DNA of 62,077 bases, filler included, from Squatina squatina (Eukaryota): NCBI GenBank assembly GCA_031763465.1. It is 3 parts of 3 records of this genome, joined end to end, with 100 filler letters (N's around TTAATTAATTAA, not from the genome) between each part and the next. Parts side by side here need not be neighbours in the genome. Positions count along the whole stretch, not along the records: positions 48,304 to 62,077 come from JARFOE010000162.1; 2 more parts are not named here. One strand, given 5' to 3'. The position numbers and the translations under genes were made by a program. The notes beneath the pieces are model-generated. The model saw only the letters and a program-made list of their open reading frames with translations. It made no database searches and had not been told where the DNA came from. Shown piece after piece: positions 50,018-62,077 of this stretch (the stretch's first letter is position 1; every line of letters starts with the position of its first letter).

Positions 50018-50465
50018 ACACAGGAGCAGGAGGAGGCCATTCAGCTCCTCAATTCTGTTCTGCCATTAAATCAGAGCATGGCTGATCTGCATCAACCATT
50101 GAGCAGCGTTTGTTTCATATCCCCCGATACCCTTGCCGCTCAAAATCTGTCGATCTCAGTTATGAAAGCTCCACTTGTCCCCCAACATCCTGGTTTCCCT
50201 CCAGGATGACCTCACTCTGATTTTAAGGTTGTGTCTCCTTGTTCCTGATTTCCCACCAGAGGAAATAGTTTCTCTCTGTCTGCCCTGTCAAATCCTTTTA
50301 ACATTTTGAACACCTCAATTAGATCACCACTTAATCTTGTATGCTCAAAGGAATACAAACCTCGGGTATAGAACCTGTTCTCACAATTTATCCCTTTTAG
50401 CCCTGGTATCATTCAGGTCAATCTGCGCTGCACCCACTCCAAGGCCAATACATCCTTCCTACAAT
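50018..50465 (-). mobile_element. CR1 LINE 3' fragment
   Basis: MIPGLKGINCENRFYTRGLYSFEHTRLSGDLIEVFKMLKGFDRADREKLFPLVG plus the 3' tail. Confidence 0.92.
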
Positions 50466-50663
50466 GAGCCAAAATGATGTGCTGGATCATGGCTTGCTTA
50501 GCTAACATACAGCATTAAGCACAGTCATTAGGGAAGCTCCTCAATTTTTATAAATTAGTATTCGTGGTGGTGTTTTCAAATTAATTCATGATTCTTAATC
50601 AATCAAAAGTTCTCTCTCTCCTTCTCCCACGATAACTCCACAGCTCCAATGCCCCATACTAAC

Positions 50664-50925
50664 CTGCCATTTGACCTGTTCGTTGCGACGGTGAAGATAC
50701 ATTTGATGAAATAACCCCTCCGAATAGCGTTAATTCTGTGGTTCCTCCAAATGGTGCAACAGTGGAGCTGTTCTTATCCAGACCTGAAGCTTTTGCCGGA
50801 GTTGTCTGGGATTCTTGCGTTGGATCAAGTCCATAGCGTAGATTCTGTGTGCTGGATGAAATGCTGTTGTCTCCAGCCTTTGGCTTCTGAGAAGCGTCTT
50901 TTAGCTTGCTCTTACTACTCCCCAT
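50664..50925 (-). CDS. SRC: First coding exon of Src tyrosine kinase (SH4 + unique domain)
   Basis: MGSSKSKLKDASQK myristoylation/basic SH4 with no Cys3/Cys6, then PFGG...LFGG and a ..GQMA-G end. Acceptor ttttcttgtag ends at 50934 and donor GTTAGT starts at 50663. The 262 coding nt end in phase 1, as in Src-family genes. An RPN2 exon lies upstream on the same strand. Confidence 0.88.
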
Positions 50926-51300
50926 TGTTAAATCTACAAGAAAAGATTAAAATTACTGATGGCCACAGAAGTTTTGAAGAGCAATAATTCACAGGTAAAT
51001 TCCTTATTTCCCTCTGATCATATGGACAAGCGCTATTTTTAACCTTAACTTTTATTAAAATAAATATTATACTAGAAGAAACATTGTAAAGTTTCTGCAG
51101 CAGCAGACAATGGACCAGCCATCAACAAAATGATGAAATAGTAGACCAGCTGTTTCAGGAAATGGAATGGCTCAACAATTCTTGAAGGGGGTGATAATAC
51201 AACAATAACTTGCATTTAGATGGCACCTCTAACATAGTAAAACATCACAAGGCACTTCACTGGAGCGTTGTCAAACAAGATTTGACACCAAGCCACACAA

Positions 51301-51697
51301 TGTCAGATGTGGCTCAGTGGGTAGCCTCTGAGCCAGAAGGTTGTGTGTTCAAGTCCCACTTCAGAGACTTGAAGACATTTTCCAGGCTGACACTTCAGTA
51401 CTGAGGGAGCGTTGCACTCCTGCCTTTCGGATGAGGCATGAAACTTGGCGCAGCCTGCCATCTCGGGTGGATTGAAAGATCCCACGGCACTATTTGAAGG
51501 GAATTCTCCAGTTCCGGGTAACTTTTATCCCTCAACTAACACCAGTAACACAAACGAACCACTTATTTAATCCATTGCTGTTTGAGACCTTGTCAGTACA
51601 CTGATTGGCTGCCTTGATTGCAACAACGCCTACGTTTCATTGGCTGCGAAGTACTTTGGGACGTACCGAGGATGGAAACGGTGCTATATAAATAAGC
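51301..51697 (+). mobile_element. Near full-length tRNA-derived DeuSINE (SacSINE1-like)
   Basis: Head with A box tggctcagtgg and B box gttcaagtccc, Deu-like core tttcggatgaggc.tgaaac...aaagatccca.ggcactattt, and L2-like tail cattggctg..aagtactttgggacgt...gtgctatataaat. Confidence 0.85.
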
Positions 51698-53257
51698 TGC
51701 TGAGCTGATTCTCAACATTATCACTCGCAATGTAGGAAAAAGAAAATGATATTGAGGGGAAGGCAGTGGAATTAGAGAGAGGTAAACATTGAAGNNNNNN
51801 NNNNNNNNNNNNNNNNNNNNNNNNNNNNNNNNNNNNNNNNNNNNNNNNNNNNNNNNNNNNNNNNNNNNNNNNNNNNNNNNNNNNNNNNNNNNNNCAGCGG
51901 CCATGGGGGTTTGCTAATTAATTATTCAGTTGAATTCTCTGCGCAGAGACTTTACACTTTAATGACAATCTGCTGCTAATTAGAATCCAAATTAGCATTC
52001 CTGGTGAAACAAGGAGCTTTTCCTGCACAAATAAATCCTCATTAAAACTGCAGAAACCTGCCACAAGGAAAGCTCCGGAATGCAAGCTCTTCTCAAGACT
52101 CCTTGCAATGTGAGGCCAATTTAAATTTCTGGGCGTGTCGTTTCTTTTCATAGCCAACATTCACAGCAATCGACCTGCATTCCTCACAATCCAGGAGCTC
52201 TGTAAAACATGCCCCTGGCTGAGGGAACATCATCACTGTTCCTCGCCGCCCCCCACCCCCGCCAATGCTTCGCTCATTAACAAAATCCTGAAAGGCGACA
52301 CATTTATCCTCCAGGATTATTGACATGGTAATCACGTGAAGGATCGCTTCTTGGGTGACTTATTAAAATAATGCATAAATAGGTAATTAAGTCTAGCACT
52401 TGGCAGGCTCTTCACAGCATTCATATTCTGCATGCTGAAGAGTGCTGTACATACGTTGTGACATGTTACTTCCATCTGGGCGGAAGCTAGTGATTTAACC
52501 GTCTCAATTCTGAAGTATGTAAAGCTGGAAATGTATATTTTGCAAATTCAATCTATAAATATTGCGTGAAGGAAAAAATAAAAATTATCCCCAGTTGACT
52601 TAAAACATTCATTAATTTAATTAAAAAGGTAACTTCTGTTTAGGATTAACAAATCATTAGAAATAAATGTTTTGAGTTCATATGCGAGAGCCATTCTCCA
52701 GCAGCTTCACATATTACAAAGTGTTATACTCATTAACGAAGAGCATTGGTTTCCAACTATATTTCTCGACTGGGTAGCAAATTATTTCTGTTGTTTACTA
52801 ATAAAGAGCGCTTTCTGCACTCTTTTCCTGTGGGTCGCTGACAATGTCTTCGCAAATTAGGAATAGGAGTCCCTGATTCTGTGCCAATATTTCCAGGCGT
52901 CAGCCCACAGGGAAAAAGTGCAAACTACTTAGAGCCCACAATTCTCCATAATTGACTTGTTCAAAAAGGTCTAAATTACCAAAGAGAAATGTCCATCTCA
53001 CTTCCATAAGACAAGGAGACCAAGTTTCTATCTGCTGCAGGAACAAGCATGTCTTATTTGACATCATTGTTGCACTCTCCCTCCCTCTGCACTCGTCATA
53101 TTCCAAGGCAGAGATCATTTCACTCATTTTCACAGTAGCAAATGCAGTCATTAAAGGAACGACATTCTATAGCGGCTTTTATGTTATTCTTGCTTGTGGG
53201 TTCCGCACAGCAAACTGAAAGTTAAATGGTTTTTAAAAACACTGGATCTTCCTGACA

Positions 53258-53330
53258 TGTCAGCTTGGCTCAATGGGTAGAACTCTTGCTTCTGAATCCA
53301 AAGGATGAGGGTTCAAGCCCCACTCCAGCG
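53258..53330 (+). mobile_element. SINE tRNA-like head only
   Basis: tgtcagcttggctcaatgggtag...gggttcaagccccactccag. Confidence 0.75.
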
Positions 53331-54056
53331 TCTATGTATGTAATCTGCAATGTGACATGCACATTATGGGGGAAATTTTCAACTTTGATGCCTGGGCAGT
53401 AACCATGAGGAGTGGTCACCCATTTGTTGTAGAACCTGATTAATCTTTAGTCCACTGAAATCATCCCCTCCACCAGATGGTGAATTTGAAAGTTACCCCA
53501 ATATGTCGGTAGAACCACACACTGGAGCAGCAATCTGACAGAGGTCCAAATTTAAAACTTTTCCAAGAAACACGAAAACAGATCACTCAAAAGTATTTTA
53601 TAGATTGAAAAAAAAACATCCTCAATCAACGTTTTCTCAACGGCGTGAAAATCGGATGGGTTCTACAATGGACAAGCAATCCGCTCCACCAGATTACAGT
53701 CCAGTGATTCATCTGGGCATATGGTGCTATCAGCAGCCCTCCAGTACCTCACTCACGTGGCATTCTTCACGCTTGAGGCTCGACACAAAGGCACTCAAAT
53801 TGCTCAGGGAGGTGATCCCGGCAGTTATGTGAGGACTGTGCCCACCAGTGCACTCCAGCACAGACACTTCCCAAGATCATAGTCTCAATCAGAAGGCACA
53901 AAATCTACATGGGGTAGATGGGCACAAGCACCGTTATGGGTGAATCTACCGTGCTTCATGTGGCTGGAAACTCCAGTGCCCACTTGCCACTGACAAGCGG
54001 GGCTGGGGGCAAAGAGGTTATTACCCATGGCCCCCAAACCCAACTACCTTCTCCTC

Positions 54057-54133
54057 AGAAACATAGAAACATAGAAAATAGGTGCAGGAGTAGGCCATTC
54101 GGCCCTTCGAGCCTGCACCACCATTCAACACGA
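54057..54133 (-). mobile_element. CR1 3' tail
   Basis: (catagaaa)2 followed by ataggtgcaggagtaggccattcggcccttcgagcctgcacc. Confidence 0.88.
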
Positions 54134-55847
54134 NNNNNNNNNNNNNNNNNNNNNNNNNNNNNNNNNNNNNNNNNNNNNNNNNNNNNNNNNNNNNNNNNNN
54201 NNNNNNNNNNNNNNNNNNNNNNNNNNNNNNNNNAATTACCAGGATTTCTTAACATCTACAGGCAATCATTATCAATTTGATGGGATTTTGATGCTTGGAT
54301 TAACCTACAACAATATCAGCCTGAATGTTACTGCTGCAGTACTATTTTCCAAAAAAGAGGGAATGATTCAACAGACTCATTGTTATCACAAATCCTCAGA
54401 ACCTTAAGAAACAATGGAAGTTACTTCAACCAAACATAACAGCTACCAGGAGTTAATGCAGCTGTGCATCATTAATCACCACAGTTCTCTGTCAAAGGAA
54501 ATTTTAGTAACTTAAAAGCTGAACTGATGCAGGTGGACTGGAGTGCAGAGAAAGAAACAGCATGTGACTCGATAGTGGTAGGTAAAAGTCACATATTTAG
54601 AAGCCAGCACAATTAGCTACACCCCAGCAAAAGGTAAGAGTCTTTAAAAATCACTGCCATAAAAATAATTAAGAATAATATATAAGCTTAGTTGAGGGGG
54701 TGGAGGGAGACAGTAAATTCACTTTGCAGGCTATCATAACAATGATGATATATTTAATCATAAAGACAAAACACGATGTGCAGGTATCAAGAGTGCTTGC
54801 CTCATTCATAAATACTGTTACAGGCGCACTGGTTTAACATACTGGTCAAACAAAAACAAGTTTTTAGTAACAAAATAGCAGATGTCAAACTTAGAATGAC
54901 CAGTTTGCAGGATTGATGAGCAGTCAAGGCAGAATAGAATACAAGACAGATTTTTTTGTAATCATCATGATGTACAACTAATATACCTTTACAGTTCTCA
55001 CAAATTATCAAATGAAAAATTGAAAATACTAGTTAAACCTATTTGGCCAGAGCAAGGAAACTGGCCATTGATCGTAGATAGCTACAGGAGTGGAATCAAA
55101 TGAAAGATAAGCTTGCAATTGCCTCACAGACAAATTATAATGCCATTTCCCAGATGGGAAGAAAACTGTTTTTCTGGAGATGGAGGAAAAAGTACTTGAC
55201 TGAGAAGTAAAGTAATGGAAACAGTGGCCACACGTCAACAGCAAATTGAAAACTCTGAGTTCCATAAGAACCAATTTGGGCTGAATTTTCTTGAGCTTTT
55301 GGGCCTTCTCAACTTATCAACTGTGGGTTAGTTCAGACCACCCTAATCACACGAAGGGCAGTTTTAAAACCTATGCTCCTTCCCTGGCTATTATCAACTA
55401 AATTAGCACCCAAGAGGGAATGTCTTGTTATGTATGCCACAGTAACACACAGTTCAGTGTATTTATCCAACAAAGCAATTGGGGGAGCTCTTAAAATATT
55501 CTGCTGGAGCCTCACGGTGCTTTCTGATTGTTATTTTTAAAGCTTAATCCTGAGAGTTGCTTTTGGGAAAACTGGATATCTTTGACTACATATGCAGAGA
55601 CTGATCATTCAAGCCTCTATCAAATTTTCAGTAGCAAGGGCACAAACAGTGAACTACGGCAGTAATTTGATCATGAGTAGTGGTACATATGTTCCTATAT
55701 ATCTTATTGACAGAAGGAAGGGTGTGTGCAATAGCAGTACCAATCTGNNNNNNNNNNNNNNNNNNNNNNNNNNNNNNNNNNNNNNNNNNNNNNNNNNNNN
55801 NNNNNNNNNNNNNNNNNNNNNNNNNNNNNNNNNNNNNNNNNNNNNNN

Positions 55848-56040
55848 CCCGGGCGCGAATGTAGCCGCGGAAGAGAGGCAGGCAGTCGGGCCGAACGACC
55901 CCCTCGGTCGCCCGCTGCCTGGACCTATTGATGGCCAACTTGGCCAGGCCCCAGGAGCAGGTTCAGTAGGAGGGCCTCCAACCGGCCCACGCCGGGTGTC
56001 CAAAGATCAGGAGCGTGGGACTGAAGTGCAACCTGCTTGG
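55848..56040 (-). mobile_element. Tx1 (L1-clade) non-LTR retrotransposon ORF2 C-terminal fragment
   Basis: LHFSPTLLIFGHP...LLLNLLLG / LAKLAINRSRQRATEGVVRPDCLPLFRGYIRAR. GC-rich relative to its flanks. Confidence 0.8.
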
Positions 56041-56069
56041 AGAGACTGACTCTTATCGAACACCAAAAA

Positions 56070-56332
56070 GAACCAGAGGCCACGCCAGGAAACATTTTCT
56101 TTACACAGCAAGTTGTGATCTGGAATGCATTGCCCGAAAGAGTGGTAGAAGCAGATTCCAGTTGAAACTTTCAAAAGAGAATTGGATCAATATTTGAAGG
56201 AAAACAAATTCCAGGGCTATGGAGAAAGAGCAGGGGGATTGGGATTAATTGGATAAACTCTACCAAAGAGCCAGCAACTGGCACAATGGGCCGAACGGCC
56301 TCTTTCTGTGTTGTACCATTCTATGGTTCCAT
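56070..56332 (+). mobile_element. CR1 3' fragment
   Basis: RKHFFTQ.V...WNALP..VVEADS-like sequence and the tail ggcacaatgggccgaacggcctctttctgtgttgtaccattctatg. Confidence 0.88.
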
Positions 56333-58175
56333 GAAGTAAATTCTGGTCTCTCACTGTCTTAAACATTTTATATATCTCACTTTATATATTCCTAATTGTC
56401 TGTAGTGTTTTTACACAAAACCATGATAGTGCAGCGCTATTGGTACCACAATAAAACACTAATCCCAGAAATCTATCCAGTGGCAATGTTATGTTAGGAA
56501 TATCCAGCTTAGAGTTTGTGCTGCATTGATAGTGCTTTATACTCCTCATCAACTCAAAACTATATTTGATTTTGAAGTTTTACAATGCATGTTTTAGCCA
56601 TAACGTTGCGTTGAAAGTTTTAATCAAGTTTTATTTTCAAAGTCAAAAGGTTTGCTCATCGTCCTGGATGATGTTTACACTTGCTGCGAATCAGATTTCT
56701 CCCCTGTTGCCAAGTACTGTTCTTATACGTCAAGAGAGGGTAATGGGTACATTTAGCATTAATGTCTATGTTCCTGGCCAACAAAAAACCGATGATGTTA
56801 AGAATATGAAAAGAAGTGTATGATGTAGGTCGGACTTATCACGGCAATTACAATGATCTCTATAACACCTATAAAGGCTTATTGCATTTTCCATATTACT
56901 TTAACACACGAGTCTTGTTCTTCCCATTGGTACAATGCTGAAATATTTTGATTACTTAACAAATACAAAATGAAACCAATTTTCTGTCGTCACAGTCTGA
57001 GGAGGGGGGGAAATGAAACCCCCTCTGCTTTAATTAGTCGGCACTGGGGGTAGCTCTCCCCCTGCCAAGAGTTTTAAACACAAGTGGGATCATTAAAGCC
57101 CCAAGTCAGACTGATAGAGACTTAATTGAGCACCTCAGGTCCTTGAAGCACCATCAAAGAGCAGTAAATGAACTTGAGGAATCCCCTGTTTTGGGCTATT
57201 TACATTCGAGTCACGCAGCGCCCAAAGTGAAAAGTTTAGGATAGTGTTACACATTTGGCCATGAACAGTCTTCCCAAGCTAACCCGCTTCCCATCTGTCG
57301 AGATCTACAGCGTTCCTCCTAATTACCTCAAAACAGCAACATTTCTCCCAAATCCAGAGGGCAATTTTGGACCGAAAGTGGTCTCTGGATTTCGGGGGGA
57401 AATAATGAATATGTATGTGATACATCTGGCTATTTAAAAAAAAAACATGAAAACCTTGATTAGCTCGAGCTAACTCCAGATAATCTCTCCCTCGATCAGT
57501 CCTCTTTAAAATGATTCCATTTTAAATGCTTGGTTTTTTTTAATGGAATTTCATNNNNNNNNNNNNNNNNNNNNNNNNNNNNNNNNNNNNNNNNNNNNNN
57601 NNNNNNNNNNNNNNNNNNNNNNNNNNNNNNNNNNNNNNNNNNNNNNNNNNNNNNAGAATAAGTGAACAGCAGCAATGGCAGCAGAGCTTTTACAGGAATT
57701 CATCTAATTATCTCGCTAACTAAGTAGAATATAAATAACTAACTGCTGCACTAATCTTTGTGTTGTTAAGTGGTGGTCCTTTCCCTTTTCTCACCACCCA
57801 AGGAAGCTACCTAGCTTGGCTATCACTCTTTGAAGCTTCAGGCAAACAACCAAATTAGAACCAGCAAGGTTGAAAAATACTTTCCAGAAAATCACCGGCA
57901 CCAAACAAATGTAAATAGCTTGTCCATTGAGTTTTTTTTTAAAAAAAGGCTGCCGAATATTTGAACAAATCTTGCAAGATGTTTGCATTTGAACTGAACG
58001 GCTTTGCCTCTCCTCTGGACACTTGGCTGAGACAATACAGTTCAAATCTTCATTTCATCAGAATATGTTTTTCTGAGTAAAGCTGGTCTTTAACCCCTTA
58101 TGTACTGTGACATAATTCAAGGAGGCAAAACTATGCTAAACCTCGACATAAATGCTTCATTTTAGTCACATTTAC

Positions 58176-58340
58176 CTTGTAGAGAAGCTGCGAGTAGTAA
58201 TCTGGAACACTGTCTAGCACTGCATTCCCAAATGATCCTTTCAGTTGGTTCTTGCTGTTGAATGGACTGCTCCCAAATGGAGGAAAGAGACCAAAGTTCA
58301 CCTCAATGGTCGGTTCCACCAAAGGAAGGAGGGAGAGTTG
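58176..58340 (-). CDS. Internal exon of a KMT2C/KMT2D (MLL3/MLL4)-family H3K4 methyltransferase
   Basis: 165-nt phase 0-0 exon with acceptor tttctcttttttttcccctag and donor AAG|GTAAAT. It encodes QLSLLPLVEPTIEVNFGLFPPFGSSPFNSKNQLKGSFGNAVLDSVPDYYSQLLYK, matching the LSLLPL.EP...NF...DYYSQL block of KMT2C/D. The paralogue cannot be assigned by eye. Confidence 0.88.
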
Positions 58341-60285
58341 CTAGGGGAAAAAAAGAGAAAATAATGGCCACTTAACACAGAGAAATACATCGGCGACCTT
58401 GCAAATAATCTGCAGCTTCCATTTATATCTCTGCAGCTTGCAAACATTTTGATTAAAGCAATTAGAACTGTACCTGTGACACCTCCTTCCTCCCAACAAT
58501 AAAATGCAAACAGAATTTTAAATGGGAGTTCACAATTTGATTTTGCTTTTCTGAACTACTCCTGGAGACCAGCAAAATATTTACATTTTGTCCAAACGCA
58601 TCATGAAATTAGAGAAAGCAAACATTAGGTTTAACTGATTTTGAAGCCGGGCAAAACCTTTTGGTACATGGTTAAAACTGAAAGTGAGACTGGGATTTCA
58701 CAAAGCATTATGGGATCTTAAAAGGTCAATGCCTTCTGAAATGATAATGATGTAAAAAATATGCAGTTTTACCACTAAGTTCAATAACATATCTTTTGCC
58801 ATGCACGGTGGAATGGGAAATGTTTAATGGTTCACATGCGTATCAGAGAAGCTCATTTTCCACATACGTATATGTACACAGCTGATGTACTTCAAACCCT
58901 TACTTGGGTTAAGTTGATTAGAAACCCTTCTACCGAAGAGTCCTATATTTTGCCAATCTACTGCTTTGTTCTGCTGCAATCCTGGCAAAGGAGAGAGGAA
59001 TATAGATTTAGAAAGGCAAAGGTCTTAAGGACAGAAGAATATGATTAAAAGTATTAAAGTTCATAGAATAAGACATTCGCCACTGATGGTAGGTGGAGAC
59101 TTCACAACTGTACACACTAAAAGGTCATCAAAGCCTGCATGGAAGGTTCTGACCTATCCCTGGAGGTTTATTAGTGACTCTAGTGGTAAGTTATGCCATT
59201 TTTAATTGCAAAATTTTCAATGTATCGCCTGCTGTAAAAACAAGCTGCTGGAGAGACTGCTATCTCAGACAGTTGATTTTTTCTCTCTCTTCACCACTTA
59301 CAGACTTTGCTTGAACAAATTAAAAAAAAATCTGTTTTAATTAGATCTGAACCTGTGTTATAGGTGTTTCAACAAACCGTAATAGATGTAAAACAAAGTG
59401 GTGAATTCCACTCCCAATTTTCTCCTCTCCTGAAGGCACTGACTCAGGATGGCAGCAGCTCCCCAGTACTTCACCAAGTGGCCATTTTTTGCCCCTTGAC
59501 AATCTTCACCTGTCATTCTCAAGGTGCTCATTAGAATATGGTTCCATCGGCATCCTCAGTTACCTCACCCAAGGAGCTGTTATGCAGTGGTTTTAGGTAG
59601 GATATTCAATCACAACAGGGCCCATTTTGTCATCATACATATATACTTCCAGCAGGAGTGCTGGATAGCAGTCACAAGCNNNNNNNNNNNNNNNNNNNNN
59701 NNNNNNNNNNNNNNNNNNNNNNNNNNNNNNNNNNNNNNNNNNNNNNNNNNNNNNNNNNNNNNNNNNNNNNNNNNNNNNNCACTGTTCAATCATATGGAGT
59801 TCTGACTGTCCTAAATCATGGAACATTGCACTGTGACCTTTAGTCTTCTCACAGATAACCTTAGCATTGAATACGGGACATTCAAACTCTGTTCTGGACT
59901 CATGCAGTTGAAAAGAAAGCTCAAAATGTGAATCTCTTTTAGTGGCGAATTGATACAGAACATAGTATCAGTAATAGTGTGGTATTACATGAGCTCTAAT
60001 GGACGAAGCTTGCTGAGTACAACAGGCATTAAGCACGAGGGAATCAAAGATATGTCCAACAATGTTAATGGTCATATTTTATCTTTAAATTTACCTGCAT
60101 TAAAGAATAAAATTAAAATAAATTCACATGGATCAATAGGGCTTAATCAAACAGTGATAGATTTTGGAAAGTCCAATTTAAGTGGTTTAAACTCTACTTG
60201 CAGCCAATTCACAAAACATTTTTGTAACGATGTCAGTGCATGGTAAATTAACCAGATGAAGCAAGCAGCATACACTTACCATACT

Positions 60286-60664
60286 GGGGTAGAAATTGCG
60301 GTCGAAGGCTTCCAGCAGGTGGATGCCTCCAACCTGCAAAAAATCCACGAATTTACCTGGTGGTCCTGGAGGTTCATAGATTCGCGCTCCTTGGCCTCTC
60401 AGGGTGCACAGGGGTAGAGGCCCATATTTCCCTGGGGTGCATGTGCTATGCCTGCTTTTACCAGGCGTGAGAATTTCAAGGGCATTCGCTGGACAGAACT
60501 CTCCGCCCATGAATCTCCCTTTCTTTTGTATTTGTATGATCTATCATAAGGATTCTTGGCAGATTGCAAGTTCCAGGTTTCAGCGCATGCGCAGTGCATG
60601 CCTAAACCTAGAACTTGCAGGGCCACTACAAGCACTTCCTGTAGGGGTCACAAATTCAGCCCCA
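60286..60664 (+). mobile_element. Non-autonomous DNA transposon (Harbinger-like MITE), family A
   Basis: Imperfect TIRs GGGGTAGAAATTG...CAAATTCAGCCCC. The first ~140 bp match the reverse complement of 31150-31293. Confidence 0.7.
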
Positions 60665-60838
60665 TTATGATGAAGCCGTTACTTTGAATGACTTCAATGT
60701 AAACTTAGCATCAGAAAAAAAACACAGGAACCATGGGACTTTAACTTGTGGTTCATCAAACATGTCAAAGCAGTCCAACATCATTTTCAGCAAATTGCAG
60801 TAGTCATTTAAAAAACTGCACAGGAGTCATCTTCATTA

Positions 60839-61084
<246 letters not shown>

Positions 61085-61869
61085 CTAAAACATAGAAAAT
61101 TCACAATGTATCCTGGCATTTAATAATGTCCGAGTAAGGTATTGAGAAGGTCAACATTTGATTTGAGACACAGCAATCAATCACTTTGTAGAAAATGTGA
61201 CATTTTGCACAATTGGCTATGGCATACCATACTTAAAATTCCATAAATTAATGCCCTGTAGCTCATAGGCCTTGCTGCTATGTCATGCAAGTCTGGATAT
61301 CAACTTGCAAGTTGTACCAGTGTGCTTCTCACTCCAATTCCTTCAATCTGCTTTGTTTGACCCCTTTGATCCCCTCCCATCATCCAACTTGCTTTCAATA
61401 CCAAAAAAGGCTCATCAAAATCATTCCTTTAAATTGCAGTTCAAACCAATTTGGCAAGTGGCAAGATAATTGTGACGACTGCCATCACATTTCATAGCCA
61501 AGACAATCAATCACTGATGAAGGGAGAAGGTGGATACCTCTGCAAGTTCATGTCAAACTCTGCATTTGATGGTCAACTACTTTCAACCTTAAACCAAACA
61601 ACAAAACACAGCTGCTCGGTGGTGCTCAACATTGACCAATGTGACTCGCACTGTAATTGTGCCTTCTCCCCTGTAGGGAAGCCTAATTTGTGCTTGCCTT
61701 CTGCTCTCAATATAAAACTAATGCCCAAGTCAGTAGATTGATTTCAGTGTCACTGGAACAGAACTACAAGTTCATCCAGCAATCCTAAGAAAACAGTTAT
61801 TCATTAAATACTGTGGATTGCCACTTCCATATTAGAAAAAAAGTCTCATAATAGTTATGTCCCTTTACT

Positions 61870-62077
61870 ACAACACCACGTAGGTCAGTGGGCACAAGGG
61901 CAATGGATGAGCAAGATTTGGTGTGGTTTAGAATAAGAGTAACAGAGTTTTGGGTGAGCTCAAGTTTATGGAGGGTGGAAAATGGGAGGCCGACCAGAAG
62001 AGCATTGGAATAGTTGAATCTGGAGGTAACGAAAGCTTGGATGAGGGTTTCAGCAGGAGGTAAGCTGCAGCGGGGTG
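61870..62077 (-). mobile_element. L2 LINE fragment
   Basis: The reverse complement reads AETLIQAFVTSRFNYSNALLVGLPFSTLHKLELTQNSVT. Confidence 0.88.

Noticed and set aside
51301-51365. tRNA gene (also 53258-53330 and 26180-26256)
   Set aside because: The A/B boxes belong to SINE heads that continue into SINE body sequence, with no proper cloverleaf.
59593-59679. ACDCYPALLLEVYMYDDKMGPVVIEYPT as an exon
   Set aside because: It lies within an old SINE-like repeat with related copies elsewhere in the window.
985-59843. The many ORF-track entries containing runs of X
   Set aside because: They pass the length cut-off only because N codons are never stops.

Overview
This is eukaryotic, vertebrate DNA. 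The repeat content (CR1, L2, RTE, Tx1, DeuSINE-type SINEs, GC-rich Harbinger-type MITEs) points to a cartilaginous fish, most likely a shark. It is a very fragmented draft: contigs of mostly 0.6-4 kb are joined by about 36 runs of roughly 100 N. Two artificial N44-TTAATTAATTAA-N44 six-frame-stop linkers split the window into three probably independent pieces (1-20856, 20957-48203, 48304-62077). Piece 1 is AT-rich and essentially non-coding apart from a decayed, intron-containing Harbinger Myb/SANT gene. Piece 2 holds most of AMER3 (apparently interrupted by an old CR1-containing insert), a 1.2-kb acidic exon with an internal ~36-41 aa repeat, and several orphan exons I cannot assign. Piece 3 holds single exons of RPN2 and SRC in the human-like order and orientation, with an unexpected KMT2C/KMT2D-like exon between them. 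There is no CRISPR array, rRNA, true tRNA or prokaryotic system, and I find no evidence of a new multi-gene biological system. The best leads are the possible extra KMT2C/D paralogue, the split AMER3 and the repeat-containing orphan protein. All homology calls rely on recalled sequences, not database searches.
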